Source: Moniliella sp. 'wahieum' (taxonomy: Eukaryota). From it: a stretch of DNA of 64,000 bases. Position numbers and translations under genes: made by a program. The notes beneath the pieces are model-generated. The model was not told where the DNA came from. It worked only from the letters and a program-made list of their open reading frames with translations, and did no database searches. Positions within the stretch are counted from its first letter, which is position 1, and every line of letters starts with the position of its first letter. Of this stretch, positions 47,261 through 61,870 are shown piece after piece. The DNA lies in NCBI GenBank assembly GCA_003971905.1, contig RSEE01000048.1:124001-188000 (forward strand), in the 5' to 3' direction.

Positions 47261-48292
47261 GACTGTGCTAGTACCAGGGCGTAGCGATCCATGAATTGTG
47301 AACGGAATCATCAATCTGCTGTGTGACATATGTGCTAAATGGCTTCCAGCGTGCAAGGGCGAAAGGGCGAATGAAGTCAGGGGCGGGCACAAGGGTGTGC
47401 GTGCCCCTCGCAGGGGGTGGCCGGTGGACAGAGTGAGCGGCTGAGATCTGAGCGATGCATGGCACGGCCCTGCACTGCTCTGGTGTGACGATCACAGCGT
47501 GGAGGCGAGGCTTGACGACGGCAGCAGGGCGCCAGTATGGGGCGCAACCCCACACCTTGGTCTGGGCCAGCGCCTGCCTGCACGGGGCGCAGGAGGGCGC
47601 AGGGGCAAGGAGAAGCTGTGCGCATCTCAGAGGCAATTCAGTATGCAGGGCCAAGGCTGCGCAGGCCGGAGGCGTGGCGAGGCAGACCCTGGCAGACCCA
47701 GCGTGGCAAGCCAGGCGCAGGATCAGTGTGGAGCGTACGTACTCTGTGTGGGGCGGTTCAGTGCGCCCACCGTTCCCGTTCACTACAGCAGGTGAGGACG
47801 TTGAGCATGTGCACGCATTCTGGTATGACGTCGAGGTGCTCACATGAGGGCCTGCTGGGGCTTGGTGTGGGAGATGTGGGAAACGTGAGGACTGAGACGA
47901 GTTCGGAGAGCATTGTCGCATGTGCATGTCATTAACCACGGGAATAGCGTTTGCGGCCAAGCGGACAGAATGGCCGACTGTTCACACCGTTCAGATCTCG
48001 GACTCTCGGCCGTCGAGATCCAAGCGAGTGCCCCAGCACAGCCCCCACAGCGCCCACCCGTTCGCTGCGGCTCTGCCTTCGCTTGCTGGGCGTTCGGCCC
48101 CCTTCCCACCCCGGTACCCACCGTCCCCACTGCTGTCGTCGGCCAGCAGCCACCGGCCACCCTGCTCCGGTTCGGTGCATGCACCCATCATCCATCTGCG
48201 CATCAGCCCTCTCCCCCCCCCGCCCTTCGCCCACCACAACGCCTGCTGCCCTCGGCGCCGCCTGCCCCCTCCTCCCCACCGTCGCCGGCGCG

Positions 48293-51200
48293 ATGGCTGC
48301 CACCGCCGACAACCCCACCCTGCTGCGCGCCCAGCTGCTCAACCTCCGCTGCGCGCCCACCAGCCCCCTCCTCAGCCCCGCCCTCTGGCCCTCGCCCTCG
48401 CTCTCGCCCTTGCCCTCGCCTTCGCCCTCACCCCGCCCTCACCCTCGCCCTCGCCCTTGCCCTCGGCCCGAGGCACGACGAGCATGGCAGCCCAGCCACG
48501 AATCCTTTGTCTCTGCCCTTGCCCTCACCCCCACCCCCACCCCAAGCACCGCCCCTGCATCCGCCCATGGCCGTCGCTTCCTCGCACCATCCCCCTCCCT
48601 CAGGCGCACCCCGAGCCCCCTCAGCCCCGCCTTACACCCCAGCAGCCACCCCTCCCCAGCCACCCCGCTCTCCGCCCAGTCGGACACTGGCCATGATGGC
48701 CTGCACACATGTCCCCTCCCCCTCCCTCCTCCGCTGCCCGGCTCAAGCCCCATTGCCGCACGCTATGCATACAACATCCCTGCCATCTTCCCCCCGGCCC
48801 CCTCCTCCGCCGACGCTATCCCCGCAACCGCCCCGGTGCAGACAGCCTCCACGCCCGCACCCGCACCCGCACCCGTGGCCCCGCTCCCCTTCGTCCTCGT
48901 CCCGGGCACAGTTCGCCTCACGTGGCTGAGCAGCCCCAGCCCGTCCGTCAAAACAGCCCGCTCTCGGTCACCTCCACGCGCCAGCATCGCCCGCATCGTG
49001 CCAAGGCCCACGGACCGCGTTTGCACAAACACAAAAAGCAGGCCACTCCATCTATACCAGTGCCTAATGCGACGGAGAAAGTGAGCAAGCAGCAACCTGC
49101 CGCAACTTTTCCTTCTGCCCCTACCGCCACAGCCGCGAGCTCCACTGCCCCCATCCCCACGTCAGAACATGGGCGCAAGGGAGTCGGTGCACGCTCCGTC
49201 TCAATGCCCAGTTCGCCTGCAGCGTGCACGTCGGAATTCCCGACCGATCATGAGGGGACAAGGAAAAACTGGGAACATCATCCGTGCCTTTACGCGCCCA
49301 ACAAAGGCCGCCTCTTCCACCTCCCTTGTAACTGCAGACACCGAAGCCACCGTTCCCCGTACGTTTTCTCGAGTTTGGAGCTATTGACCAACCAGTTCAC
49401 TAACATGATTGCTTCAGGTGCGGCCGATTTGCCGTCAGATCTGCTACCAACGGCCACTGGGTCGACCAGTGCGCCAGGGCTGTTGGCCAGCAAAAGAGAG
49501 GACCCTATACAGAAGACAGCTTCCCCCCCAAAGGCAATCCCATGCGCCGACGCGCCAAGTGCCTTCAAGAGCAATGACCATGGACCGAATCCTGGACCCA
49601 GCCGCCTGGGCCGCGTTGCGACTCACCTGATCAGGCGGACCCATGCGACCCCAATTGAAACAGGCAAGCAAGGTCATCTGTCCCATCCCGGGCTGAGACG
49701 GGGGTCCCTGCACCGGAGCTCAAGTGTGTGGACACTCCACGTCCCCCATCCTCGCACCAGCCCCCACCCACGGCGCGGTCAGGTCTGCGTACTTCGCCTA
49801 TGAGCGGAGGGGCGCGACCAAAGTGGGGGACCCCCCGGCGGCGGAGGAGCGTCTACTCCCTCCTCGACTTTACCCGTTCCAACGTGGATGAATCAGGTGG
49901 GACTAAGACAGCGAATGATCCAGAGCCGGCGCAGGAGCACCAGGGTCCCACGGGAGAACCAATTCCCCCGAACCCCGATTTCCACGCCATCTCGTACTCG
50001 GCCTCTCCGCATGCGCACACCCTCCCTTGCTCGCTCGCCAACCGGGGTGTGCAAGCGCTCAGCAGTGCCTTGACCCGAGCTGCCTCCACTACACCATCTG
50101 GCAAGCGCTCGGCCAAGACGGAGAAGAAGAGGCGGCCGAAGATGCCCCCTCTTCGTTTGTCGTCACCTCCGCCCACCGTGTCCCTCGGCCTATGCCTGCC
50201 ACCCCTCAACGCCCAGTCGCAATCTAAGGCGCAGTCTTCCCCTACTGTCTACGTCGCCCTCAGGTGCAGATCCGAAACGCCCGCAGTCTGCCACTGCACT
50301 ACATGCATATACCATCAAGCCACCCGTGTCACACCCTCCCAATCCGCTGGCCGCCCCTTCGTCCGATTTCTCGTGGATCTCTGGGCCGAACTGCAACAGG
50401 CACGGTTAGATGGTCCGAGTGTCTAGGATTGAGCTCAATCGAGCCACTTCCCCCTGTGTTCCCATCGGTCGATGGGCAACCGTCCGGATTGGATTCCTCC
50501 CTCTTCTCTCGCTGGTCTCCTGAAAACAAGGGGGTTCTGGAAAGTGGAACGCGGGACGGCAGGCTGCCGCCGCCGCCGGCTCCTGTCAAAGCACCGTTGA
50601 ATCCGTATATCAGCTGGAGCACCAGGCCGGGGCCGCCCTACACTGCTCCCGCTGTGCCCAACACCCCTCTCCCATGCGCAGGGAAGGGCAGGTCGTTGCC
50701 TACCTCCCACTTTGGCCACCCTCGATCTCAGCCAAATCTCGGACGACCAGGCCTTTTTGGCGCTGTTGGAACGATTGAGAAACTTGCACCGTGCCGCTGC
50801 CGCCGCGGGCACGCTACCTCCCCCTGCTTCCAGTGGTACTCCGGCTCGGACAGGATCAACGGGAAGCCAAACCAGCATGTCTCTTCCACCACAGCTTCCA
50901 CTGCCTGCTCCAACTTGTCGCTTGAACCCAATCGTACGCTGTCCAACTCAACCCAGGCCACGGCCTCTTCCTCCTCGACCGGTGGAGCATCGGGTGCAAC
51001 CAAGCTCATGCCGGCCATCCCACCCAAGTATCTCGTCGGTTGCACCCGAGTACCAACGTCGCCGACCCCCCACTCCTCCCCCCCCGGACCACCGACACGC
51101 CGCTCGAGCAGCATGAGCACGTCTTCCCCGTCTGCCATGACTTCTCCCACACCCCCTTCTTGCTCATGTGGGCCAGGCGTCGGGCCAAAACGAGCACGGT

Positions 51201-52170
51201 GGCCCCCAGGGGGAGTATTTGTCGACGATACAGCGTGGCAGAAAGAAGTTCGGGCCCTCTTTGTGCTCCGCGAGTTGGTGGCCAGAACGCTCCTATTCTC
51301 GTCACTTGGACGCGCTCTTGCTCGCTGTCAAGGAAATCGAAGCACGTTCGCAACCGGCCCCCCTCCCCGTCCATCTCCGTTCGCTCGCCGACGTGCTTCC
51401 CATGTTCCTCTCCATCTCACGGACCGTCTCAGACCACCTTCGAGCCGACTTGACAGCCTCTGGCGTGGCTGCTGCGTTTTCGGCTGCGGCACCAGCGATG
51501 GAGGCTACGTTTGTCGCTTGGTCCTTTGCCGTTCCCGATATTATGGCCGGCCTGCGTGCCGTCGAGCATGGCTCGCACGATGGGGAGCCCTCGACCGTGT
51601 CCTCTCCCCTTGTTGCATCCTCCAAGGAGGGAAAGGAAGGGCATGATTCAACCGACATGGGTCCTCCAAGGTCCGTATGGCGTCGTACCGCATCGGCTTG
51701 GTCCGCCCGGCCCCCCTGGCGACGGCCGAAGGAAGAGACTCCCCCTTGGGCGCGCACTTGTCGCCCGACGACGCTGAACCCTTCGTAGGCCGGCCCGCGT
51801 TGGACTTGGTACGCCCTCGACTGGGCCACAACAGTCCGCCTCGCTCTCGCCCACTCCGGTCTGACCCCGGCGCCGGCCCCTTCAACACCTAGCTTGGAGG
51901 ACAAATGTCTCTCTGCCCTCGACATTGTCATCATGCCGTACGTCTCCCTCCTCCCCCCCCCCCCCCCGTTCCGATTCCGAACTTGCACGAATGATTAACA
52001 CTTTTTTTTCTGCCAATAGGACCCAGCGGTTGCCTCGCTACATCCTTCTCCTTCGCGACTTGCACAAGGCCACGCCACCGGGCTCCTTGGCTTCCGAGCA
52101 TGTCGCGCACGCATTGGCCATTGTCGAGCGACTGGCAGCGTTGAGCGACTTGGCCTCGCTCACTTACTAG
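48293..52170 (+). CDS. RhoGEF (Dbl-homology) protein with long Pro/Ser-rich N-terminus
   Basis: KEVRALFVLRELVA(T)ERSYSRHLDALL; MEATFVAWSFAV; LSALDIVIMP|TQRLPRYILLLRDLHKATPP...ALAIVERLA. Stop at 52170. Start uncertain. Confidence 0.8.
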
Positions 52171-54881
52171 CTGCGATCCGGCATGATGCATGACATTCGA
52201 TCGACCTACCCACCTCATATACCCCCTTCCCCTCTCCTCTCCGCGTCCCGTCCGCGTCCCGTCCCGAGTGCCCTCGCAACCCCTCTCTCGTTTAGCCTGA
52301 CTCTAGCAGCTCGTTGTGCCTCCTCTCGGTCTTGCCCCCCATTTCCCTCCCACGTACACATTGCACTGTTTGAACCTACCTATTGCCCTCGCCGTCGTGC
52401 CTGTCAGGTGCGCTGGGCGAGACGACGACGAGTCGGCGTGGCTTCCGAGCCCCATGACACCTTCATTCACGTCCTTCTTTTTAGCATTTTTTTCGTTGGG
52501 GTTCCCACACTGCTCATGTTGGGCTTGAGTCCCCCCTGGGGTTTTGTCCTTCGACCGTTGAGGCAAGTCATGTTCTGCGTTCGGAAGGCCAGGGACCTAG
52601 GCGGGGCAGACGCAAAGGCTTAGATGATGTCCCCCGATGTTTCCACGTGAACCGTTGAGGGATCGGTTTGGGCAGGGTGGTTCCAGGCTTAGTCGCGTCC
52701 CTGTCATCGTCGTATATACTGTGAGAGTGGGACCTTTTCTTTTAGGGGGGAGATTCAATGTCCCAGTTATGATTTTTTGGACTGGGTGTCCGGAGGGAGG
52801 ACATCTGCTTTTTCCCCTCTTCCCCTCTAGTAGTAACCTTCCTTGCGCCGTCTTGTGCCACCTCGCAATGATGCTGCGCTTATTGCCTCCTCGGTTCGGC
52901 TGTGCCGCGCATCAGAAGACGGAACGGGAGAGGGAATTCTCATCGATATCAGGCAGGACGCGGAGTTCATTTCTCCGACGGCTGTGCGGGCCGAATGGAA
53001 AATGGCAAGCCCGGAGCCGGGGCGAGGTAGGAGGGCGCCCGGTTCGGAGGATTACAAGCTTACCCCCGTAGGTGTGCAACCGCTCAGACTTGGGGCGGAT
53101 GCAGGCGTCGAGACCGATGGTGAAAAATGACGCGGACGCGTATAGTGACGGAGGACCAGAATCAAGGTCCGCCCCCGCCGGACCGGAAACTGGTCGGGGC
53201 GCAATGCTTAATGACGAGCACAATAACTAAGCCGGCAGGACTGGGACTCGTGACCGCGTGACCGGAACCCGTGCCCATCCCAGTGGCATAATTGATTGAT
53301 TGACTACTGAGTGTGCTGTGTACGAGCATGGTTGAGTATTGAATACTGTAGCAGCTTTCCGTACTGAGTACTGGGTAGTAGACTGAGAGTACGGTCAGGC
53401 CGGTCAGGCGACCGGCACGCACTATCCGACCAAGATCGAGGGAGACATGTTCCTTTGCAGCAGTTGAAACGACACACGGAACCGGGGACCGGTAATGCAT
53501 GTAATGCGCAGTGTGCCTCCAGCGCGGGCAAGAAAGGCGAGCCAAAACTGGGTACTCGCGGACACCGACTGGGAGTGCGGGGGAGAGGGAAGAATAGGGT
53601 AGCTTCAAGCGTTGGAGGAGTCAATAAGCCAATGCATCCGTCTTGCCTTAATGTAAGTCAGCTGAGCAAGCTGACATGCAACGGCACTGCTCAGTTGGCC
53701 AGCGGACTCAGCCTGAGCACTCATTCACTCAGTGCTCGGTACTCACAGCTATAGTGTACGAGCACACAGCAACTAGCAACTAGTAACTAGCATCCCATTT
53801 CTCGACTGGTACTGAGCTCGGAGTACTGAACGTCTGGAGTACAGAGTGCACGAGCCCCTCGAGATGGGGTGGATACGTGCAGAGCCGAGCCGAGGAAACG
53901 TATTAGCGGAAGCATCCTGGAATTCTCTTGCCGCTGTCCTTTGGGCCAACTTCAAGCTTAGTGTCACGCGTCACGCACCACGCGTCAGGTCTCAGGCCCC
54001 TTGTTCCCCGGGCGAGGGGGCAGTGTAAGAGACAGCGGGGGCTCCGCATGACGCCAGTCCCAGGCAACCCTTGACCTGAGTGTGACCGCGTGACCCGAAC
54101 AGACCGGCAGTGTCGCAGCTGTGATGTGGTGTGACATGGGCCGCGGCCGCCGGCTCACCGGTCACAAATCACGTGCGCCTCTTTCAGCAGACAGGATAAT
54201 CGATCAAGCGCTATATAAGCAGGATGGCGTAAATTCACGAGACCTAGCTAGCCACTGCCTGTAACGTTATGTGTTACGCGTATAACAACCGGCTCGAATG
54301 GCCCAAGACTTGAGGCCAATGACGTTTTTGTTGTCCCAATGGAGGAGCAGGTAGCTAGGCAACAATAGGGAAGGGGTCTCCCGTGGAGTGCTGCCTCTTT
54401 GGCTGCCCCGCGCACAACGCCTGGGGCGGTACTAGGTACTGCGCAATGCTTCGCATGTCGCATATTACGTGCCACATGCCACATGTCACTGGCATCGCAT
54501 CATCACAACCGGAGCAGCTGTGTCCACCTGCTTCTCTCGCCTTCCCGTACCTGAGACTGCCCCGCACCCCGCCCAACCCACTTTCGCGTGACGCGTAACG
54601 CGTTACAGCAACAAGATGCCGGCCACGCATTGCAGTTTCAGGCGGGACGCAGCATGTCAATGGCTCAGTATATATGTATCCCAACTGGGGCCGGCCGGGT
54701 ATTACAGATGCACACTGCTCCCTCCCTCTGTTCCCCACAACCGGCCACAGCACCATTGTCCATCCTCCTCTCCCTCATCGCCATCCAGCATTTCTTCGCC
54801 CGTCCTCTTAACGTGTAAAGCAGAGAACCTAGAAACTTGGTTGCAACCCTTTCCCTCCACCACACTGAACCCACCGTGAGT

Positions 54882-56371
54882 ATGACCAGTACTTGCAACC
54901 GCCAGGGCCTAGCACCACCTGCCACCATATCCATGCCGATACATCGAACCAGCCTGAGCTCAAAGAAGCTCGGCATGGAAGCAGCCACCACCAGTTCCCT
55001 TCCTCGACTAGCAGTCTACCCATCAAGTGTGACGGACCCTCTCCCGTCCGTGGTGAACGCGCCGCTTCGCCTCGGCTGGAGGCACGGACGTCCCCACATC
55101 ATCGTTTCCGTAGCGCTCCTGCATCTCCCACGTCCTCTCCACATCGGCTAGGTCGATCCACACATGCTCGAGGATGCCGGTCGCAGGCTGCAGTCGCTCG
55201 AGGCTTGTTCTCATTCCGATTCGCTAACCAGCCTCAGACGGAAACACGGAAGCTCCCCCTCATCTCACCCCTCTACCAAAGTAGGACTACAGCAAGCGCA
55301 AACACCCCAAAACATTCTAGACTGGAGGTACGAAAGAAGTCGGGGGAACTTGTCAAATCGTCCCAAGACAGGCCTCATCGCTGCGTTGATGCTGCACCTG
55401 GCCTTTCGTCCGTTGGCTTTCCCGGGCCAAGAACAAGTGTAACTGGACCACAGGGTTGCCTTCACATCCCCTACAAAGGCGGTTCAATTTGACTCCCACT
55501 TGGAAAAGGTCAAAGTGTTCAACTACCGAGCTTGCCCTTCCTCTGTCAGCGACAACAACGATGCCGTTGCTGATCTGCTGACCGAGACTGAAACCGAAAG
55601 CGAAGCCGAAAGCGAAACGAAAGCGAAACTGAAACTGAAGCAGAGAGCGAGAATCATGCGTCTATCAGTCGCATACGCTACACCCGCATGAGACTGCGTC
55701 GTTTCTGCACTCCTTCCTCTCCTCCCCTCTGTTCCCTCTGCGCCGTTCCAACCGATTTCGTGCCTGCCTCACCGTCCGTCCCAGGGAGAGGGGAGGCAGG
55801 AAAGATGGTGCTACGCTTATCCAATTTTCGTTCTTCGATCCTGCGTTCCTCCTCCACCCTCTCCCGTCCAGTCTTGCTGGAACGCATAGCCCTATCGGAT
55901 GACGGATTTAGCCTGCATGGAACAGTGCAGGTAGAAAACCTGGCTTTTGAGAAGTGGGTTGCCGTGCGCTACACCCTAGACAACTGGGTCACGGTGCGCG
56001 AGGTGGGATGCACCCATCAAGAGACCATCCAGCACGGCCACGTGGACCGATTTAAGTATACCATTCGCCTCCCTCCACTGCTGGAGGGCTCTCACGATTT
56101 GGAACCGGGAGCGGTGATCCATTCCTTGTCCCTATGTCTACGCTTTTCCGCTGCGGGGCAAGAGTATTGGGACAACAATGACGGTCAAAACTACCAACTC
56201 GACGTGATCAATGAGCCTTCATCTCAGCCTTCTCTTGCCCCAATCCGTGGCACCCTACAACCTTGTCGATTCCAGTATGAGGAGGACAAGTGGGCTATCT
56301 GTGGCGACCCCAATATGGCGGTGACACAGGCCCCTCTCCCATACTGGACCTCTATGGGCTTCCTTGATTAG
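54882..56371 (+). CDS. Glycogen-targeting PP1 regulatory subunit with CBM21 domain (Gac1-like)
   Basis: VRKKSGELVKSS; KAVQFDSHLEKVKVF (RVxF-type PP1 docking motif); LHGTVQVENLAFEKWVAVRYTLDNW; EYWDNNDGQNY. Confidence 0.9.
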
Positions 56372-57834
56372 TGTACGGCCTGCGTACACCGGGACTCGTT
56401 GAAACTCATAGCGTGCGCATCGTTGCTCTCCTTCCTGAACGCTCGCATCGGCGATGTACATTCGAAACTAGACATATGTGATACTGTGTAATGGATCAAA
56501 CTGTTTCCCTTTTCTACCTCCAGCCAACCACCTTCTATCATTGCGCCCATACAAGTTTGCGCCCGGGTCGTATCTGGTCATTATCATTTCGCAACAGTAA
56601 CGAGAAAGCCACCGTATTCAGTTTCCTCAAGCACCCTGGCATCCCTTTTGGACTAACGTGTAACACTCTTGTCACTTCTCAAACACGGGACCAACTTTTC
56701 CTGGCTTTGGCTCATCCTATTGGTGTTGGAACAAGGAAATACACTCTCCGTTGCCAAAGGGGATGTACTGCTGGGGCCTTTCAGGACGTCGAAGTGGTTT
56801 GTGCCTTCACTTCTACGAGGCTCGAGGACAGCTTGAAGCAATCACAGGGTAGACATGGACTGGTACGTCAGCAAAAGAATCGCTAAAGCTGGTGATGGAG
56901 GGAGGCGAGAAAGAGAAAAGATATCGCTTCATGAAGATGGCCTAAATATGCTCCAGCGGGAGCCGACTTCGTGGCATGCTTGACAATAAAGTGAACTATA
57001 ACGTGAAGACCTTTTGCTGTCAAATCCATGCAAATGCGATCGTGGTTGTAGAGAAACACGTCGCACACATGAAACCAGCCAATGACGTCCGGCTTCATTG
57101 CATCCAGGCTGTTCCTGCAGGATCTGGGCCTGGGGCAATGCTGTCGGCACGCATGTCCACCGGAAACGGTGTCGCTGACAGTGACTATATTGAAGATCAC
57201 CACATCTTTTGGTTGGTGACCATACTATGTTAAGGGCCAGCATTGCATGCACGTAGGGGGTCTTGCCACGGACCCCTCAATGATGCATCGCTGCGCTAGA
57301 AGACGTTGTATGTTTGCTCTGCATATACCTTTTTGTACTATGAGAGGCGTCTGTGTTATTCCCTCCCCCGCTTTTTGTTATGCTCTTCGCTCATGCAGAT
57401 AAAACAGGGGTGGTGGCGTGCCAACCTCAATGTGGAGACTGGGGTGCAGCTGCATGACGTATCTCGGCACGTTTGCTCCCATACACTAGTGTTGCCTATC
57501 TACCCGAATAAGGCCAATCGATAATCATTCGTGCGAGCATCGTCCCAGCGTAGAACAACCCAGCACCTCGTGGTTGCGTGCCTCTGCAGCTAGGACGTGC
57601 TGTGGCGCGGGGAGTACGGTCCTTCTGCCATCCCGCTGGAGACGGGTCTGAAGGCGAAAGAAGAGTACAGTACAGTATAAAAGGTACAAACGGCACCATC
57701 GCATAGACACGGAGCGTGTGTGGTGTGCAAGGGAGCATGGTGGCAGTAGTAGTATGGGATGCTAGTGGTGTAGAAGGATGCGTAATCGTAGTAGGTGTGG
57801 AACGGGTGCCAGGCCAGCACGAGGCTGCGGGACA

Positions 57835-59425
57835 TTAGAAAAAGACGCGTACCGCCTGACCTACCGTTGACTCTGAGGGGCAGTAAGGGCACTTGACTCT
57901 ACGATCCGGGCTGACGAAAGGGGGGTTAGTTGCTGCGCACATAGGGCAACAGCCAAATCAACAAAAGCAGAATAAAACGTACGAGCTGCCTTTGGCCAAG
58001 TTGATCAAAGATTCCTTGCAGACGGCGTGGCCACAGGCCATAGCCATGGGCGGGTTCTTGCTCGAGCCTTGTTCCTTGGACACGGGGCAGCAGAAGATGA
58101 GTGAAGATGGAAATGGAGGTGAGGAGGCAAGGGTACTTCTACCGGCAACTCGTCCGCTTGGCTCCAATCCGTCCTCGATTCCTTCATGACAGTCCGAACG
58201 CGGAGGATTTTGCTCAACGTCCCATTGGCGCCAATGTCGGTGGCCACCTTGAGTGGGGAATAGCGCGATATGCCGTTAACGCGGCAAAAGGCTTCGACAA
58301 AGAGCGGGGTGAGGTAGGGTGCGTGGACACGATACGGGTCAAACATGTACCGGTAATGAAATGGCAGAACCGAAATCACGTCCTCTGTGTCATAGGCCCC
58401 GTGCAGTCGGGCTCTTCCCAGAGTGAGCTCGTCTCAAACGTCCTGCCTTCAGGGATACACGTGTTCAAGAAGACCAGCATAGCAAACAGCTTCTGGATCT
58501 CAGGCAGATACGCATTGGAAAACTGGGATAGGTGCTTGCGCCCATACTGCATCGCCAAGTCCACGTTGGTCGAACGGTAGCGGACAGGGAGGTGTGGGAA
58601 CTCTGGCAGATGCGGAATGGACGACAACAGCTGCTCCGAACCTGATTGGCGTGCATCCATCATCCTTATGTCCGCCGCCTCCTTCCCATCTGGAAGACCC
58701 GTTGCCGCCTGAGAGATACCTCGTACATGGAGTGCAGGATCTCCCTCAGCATCCTCGCTGGGGGGCGCATATCCCTGAGCGATGGAGATGAAGCGGCTGC
58801 GGTGCAACGCATATTCAAGAGGGCTTCCGTGGAGTGCGAGTTCAGCCCGATGCGTGCTGGCCCAAGCGATGGCGAGATCGAGATGGCCTTGCTCAAGCGA
58901 CTGCTGGATGACATTGAGCTCCGAATAGACGTCATAGACACTTGGGTCGAGGGGGATCCCAGCTTCGTCAGAGAAGAGACGAAAGAGCTCTTGGTCTCCA
59001 TTGCGTAAAAAGTGGTCCAGGACTGTCAGCTTGAGTGCATCCTGAGCTTCCTTGGAGGAGAAGAGGTCTGGATCGACAGCATCCGAGGCTGAGATGGGGA
59101 ATGCCTTTTCCACTGCCTTGCCAAACTTGGCCAAAGCGCCATACACCTCTTTCTGGCTCGTACTGACGGTCTTTTGCGAGGCATCAACGGCAGACTCGAG
59201 CTGAGTGGCAATGCCTGACAGGTCGGGTGGCGGCGGCAGACCATGGGCGGGGAGGGGCGCGTCGGGGTGCCAGACGGCCAGCTGAGCATCCGCGCGCTCA
59301 AACTGCTCGATGAGCGTGTCGAGCGCAGTGAAGACGCCGGGGCGCTTGGACGCGCCAGCGGAAGATTGCTGAAGGTAAGGGAGGCGCTTCTGGAGCTTGT
59401 CAAGTTCTTTCTGGATCGCATCCAT
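57835..59425 (-). CDS. RMD5: GID/CTLH complex RING subunit Rmd5/RMND5
   Basis: LisH (VLDHFLRNGD), CTLH (LAIAWASTHR...LEYALHRSRF), SPLKVATDIGA, ELPVEVPLP, FCCPVSKEQ..KNPPMAMACGHAVCKESL, |VKCPYCP...VRVFF*. Confidence 0.92.
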
Positions 59426-59941
59426 CGCGGGCAGCGGGCGCAGGCAGATAGGGGGGGATGGTGGCGCTGGGGGGTGGGACTGCGATAGCACTTTGGACCC
59501 GTTGGCGGCCGCCCTGGCCTGCTTGGGCCCAGCGGCAAGACGAATTGCAACATTGAATTCACACCAGGCACCCCATTTCCCTCCCGACCGCCGTCAGCAG
59601 CGGCGGAACGCCCAGCCTCCGGCCCTGGCGGCGGAATGGGGGGGTGATGGTCGATGCTCAAGCGCAACACATCACCTCACTGGTCCCCCCCCTTCCCATC
59701 ACATGCATGCCACATCTGATCACACGCCAGCAGACCCCCTTTTGGCCTTTCCCTCTCCGATCTCAACGCAGCAAACCAGGCTTGTACCGCCCTCAAGCTC
59801 CCACCAGCAGAATACAGGATCATTTCGGTTCCATCTTCTCTTCATAGGACATCAGAGAGGTTGCGCGATGGTGGCTTGCTAATGAAGCATCCCATCGTCA
59901 TGGCCACACCACAAGCATCAATACTCCTGCCCCTTCCGACG

Positions 59942-61870
59942 TCACTTGGACGATCGGTTGGGCTCGCGACGGTCCAGCCCATCCCCTCGGCCACCGTAGC
60001 GGGAGGGGCGGCCAAACTCACGTGGGCGGTCCGACCGTGGTGGTCGTCGAGACACGTCAGTCTCTCGGCCAGGGACACGATCGGAGCGGTGACGCTCCCA
60101 ACGACTGGTCCCCTCGTCACGGCCCTTCCGCGGATGGTACGATCCATGGCGAGAGTCGTGGCGTCGGTGTGAGTCGGGAGGTGGGCGCGACGGAGCACTG
60201 CGGCCCCAATTCATGCCCGAACGATCCGCATACCCGCGCTCCTCATTACGACGCATCATCTCCATGTCCTCATCTTGCCGCACTTGGCGCGCCCACGCGT
60301 GCCGATTTTTCTCTTCCCTCGCCCTGGACCGAATGGGGTCGTTGATCACCCCAGCCGTACCATCGCGCGTGACATCCAAACCGTCGTTGTCTGCCTCACC
60401 CCGAGGATCGAGCACCGCATAGTCACCTGCTTGGAGCCCGTCCTGAGCAGCGGTGTTTTGGTATCTTGGAATTTATGCCCCAAAAGCTCGGCCCAGCTTG
60501 CCTTGCCACCCTTGAAGCCTTTGGTGCCTGACTCTGTATCTGAAGAAGAACCATACTCACGCATGTCGGGATCGATCTCCACATCATCTTCGTCATCTTC
60601 GTCACGTTTGGTCGGTGTTCCCGAGTCGGAACGCTCAGCGTGCTTAAGCTTGTGCGGAAGAATTGAGACGGGCCAAATGTCAACGTCTTTCGGCTTGGAC
60701 TTGCTGTACTGCGCCTTTTGTTGATCCAGCCAGGAACGGGCAGTATCAGTGGACGCTTTGAGTTTGCCCTTCTTATCCTCGACCGCCTTGGGGGGGCTAT
60801 GTGTCGCAGGGCGCCCCGCTTTCGTTCCGAGAAGCGCCGCTTCCATACTTTGAAGGTCTTGATCCGGCAGAGCCGGGGAAGTTTGAGATGGAGGCGTAGG
60901 CGACCGTCGTGGCACCGGGGAATCCAACTGATCTGAACGCGCGGAAACGGGTTCGGAAGGTGCAGAGGAAGGAGGGCGAGTGTCTTTGGACGGTTCCGGT
61001 GCCTCTACCAAACCAGGGGCGGCCAATTTACTTTTGTCCAACTTGATCGCTCCCGTGTCCAACGTAGGGGCAGCCTTGGTCCTTTTCCCCTTGACAGGGA
61101 GCGGCGACGCGTCCTCTTCCTCATCGCCTCCAAAACTCAACAGAACTTTACGCTTCTTGGTTTGAGCTTTGAGCTGAGCTTGCTCTTCGGCTTTGCGCTG
61201 AGCCTTGCGGCCTTGGCCTTGGCCCGTGCTTTCTCTTGTTCGGCCCGCTTGACTGTTTGGCTGATACGGGGGACAATGTCATCGAACGGATTGTCCACCA
61301 CTTCAACCTTGTCGATCCGCGGTGCCTTGTCCTTGGGGATCGGGTGGCCTTCCTCGTCGGTCTCCACCCCCTCGAGCAAAGCAAGCAGGGTGTACATACT
61401 GGCCCCGGCTACTCGGCCAAAGAGGGTGTGCTTTCCTTGCAGTTCGGGACTCGGGCCAGTGTAACAAAAAACTGGGATTGGTTCGTGTTGGGCGCGTTGG
61501 CATTGGCCATGCCCAGCATACCACGCTTGTTGAACCTCAGGCGGGGATGGAACTCGTCGGGGAAGTAGCCCTCGTCCGAGTGAGACAGGTCGCGACCGTC
61601 GGGCGCAGACCCGTCGGGAAGAAGCGGGGCATAAATGGAGGTGCCACCGCGACCGGTTCCGGTGGGGTCGCCAATCTGGGCAATAAAGTCGGGCACCAAG
61701 CGATGGAAGGCAAGCCCATCGTAGTAGCCCTCGAGACTGAGCTGGATCAGATTGCGGCACGCCTTGGGCGTCTCCTTGCTCCACAGGTCAATATCGATAG
61801 AGCCCTGGGTAGTATGGAAGCGCAGTCGTCCCAAAGGAGGAGGCTCCGCCTGCAGCGGATCGAAATCCAT
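59942..61870 (-). CDS. CWC27: Spliceosomal cyclophilin Cwc27
   Basis: EPPPLGRLRFHTTQGSIDIDLWSKETPKACRNLIQLSLEGYYD..FHRLVPDFIAQIGDPTGTGRGG; DEFHPRLRFNKRG; ELQGKHTLFGRV; NPFDDIVPR; LSFG; DPR; Arg/Asp-rich tail. Confidence 0.93.

Noticed and set aside
55590..55640. gaaagc/gaaact hexamer run as a separate element
   Set aside because: It is an ordinary acidic low-complexity linker inside the CBM21 gene.
56480..57300. Transposase relic between the CBM21 gene and RMD5
   Set aside because: Only a fleeting PKGM..VLEE resemblance, with none of the expected downstream motifs.
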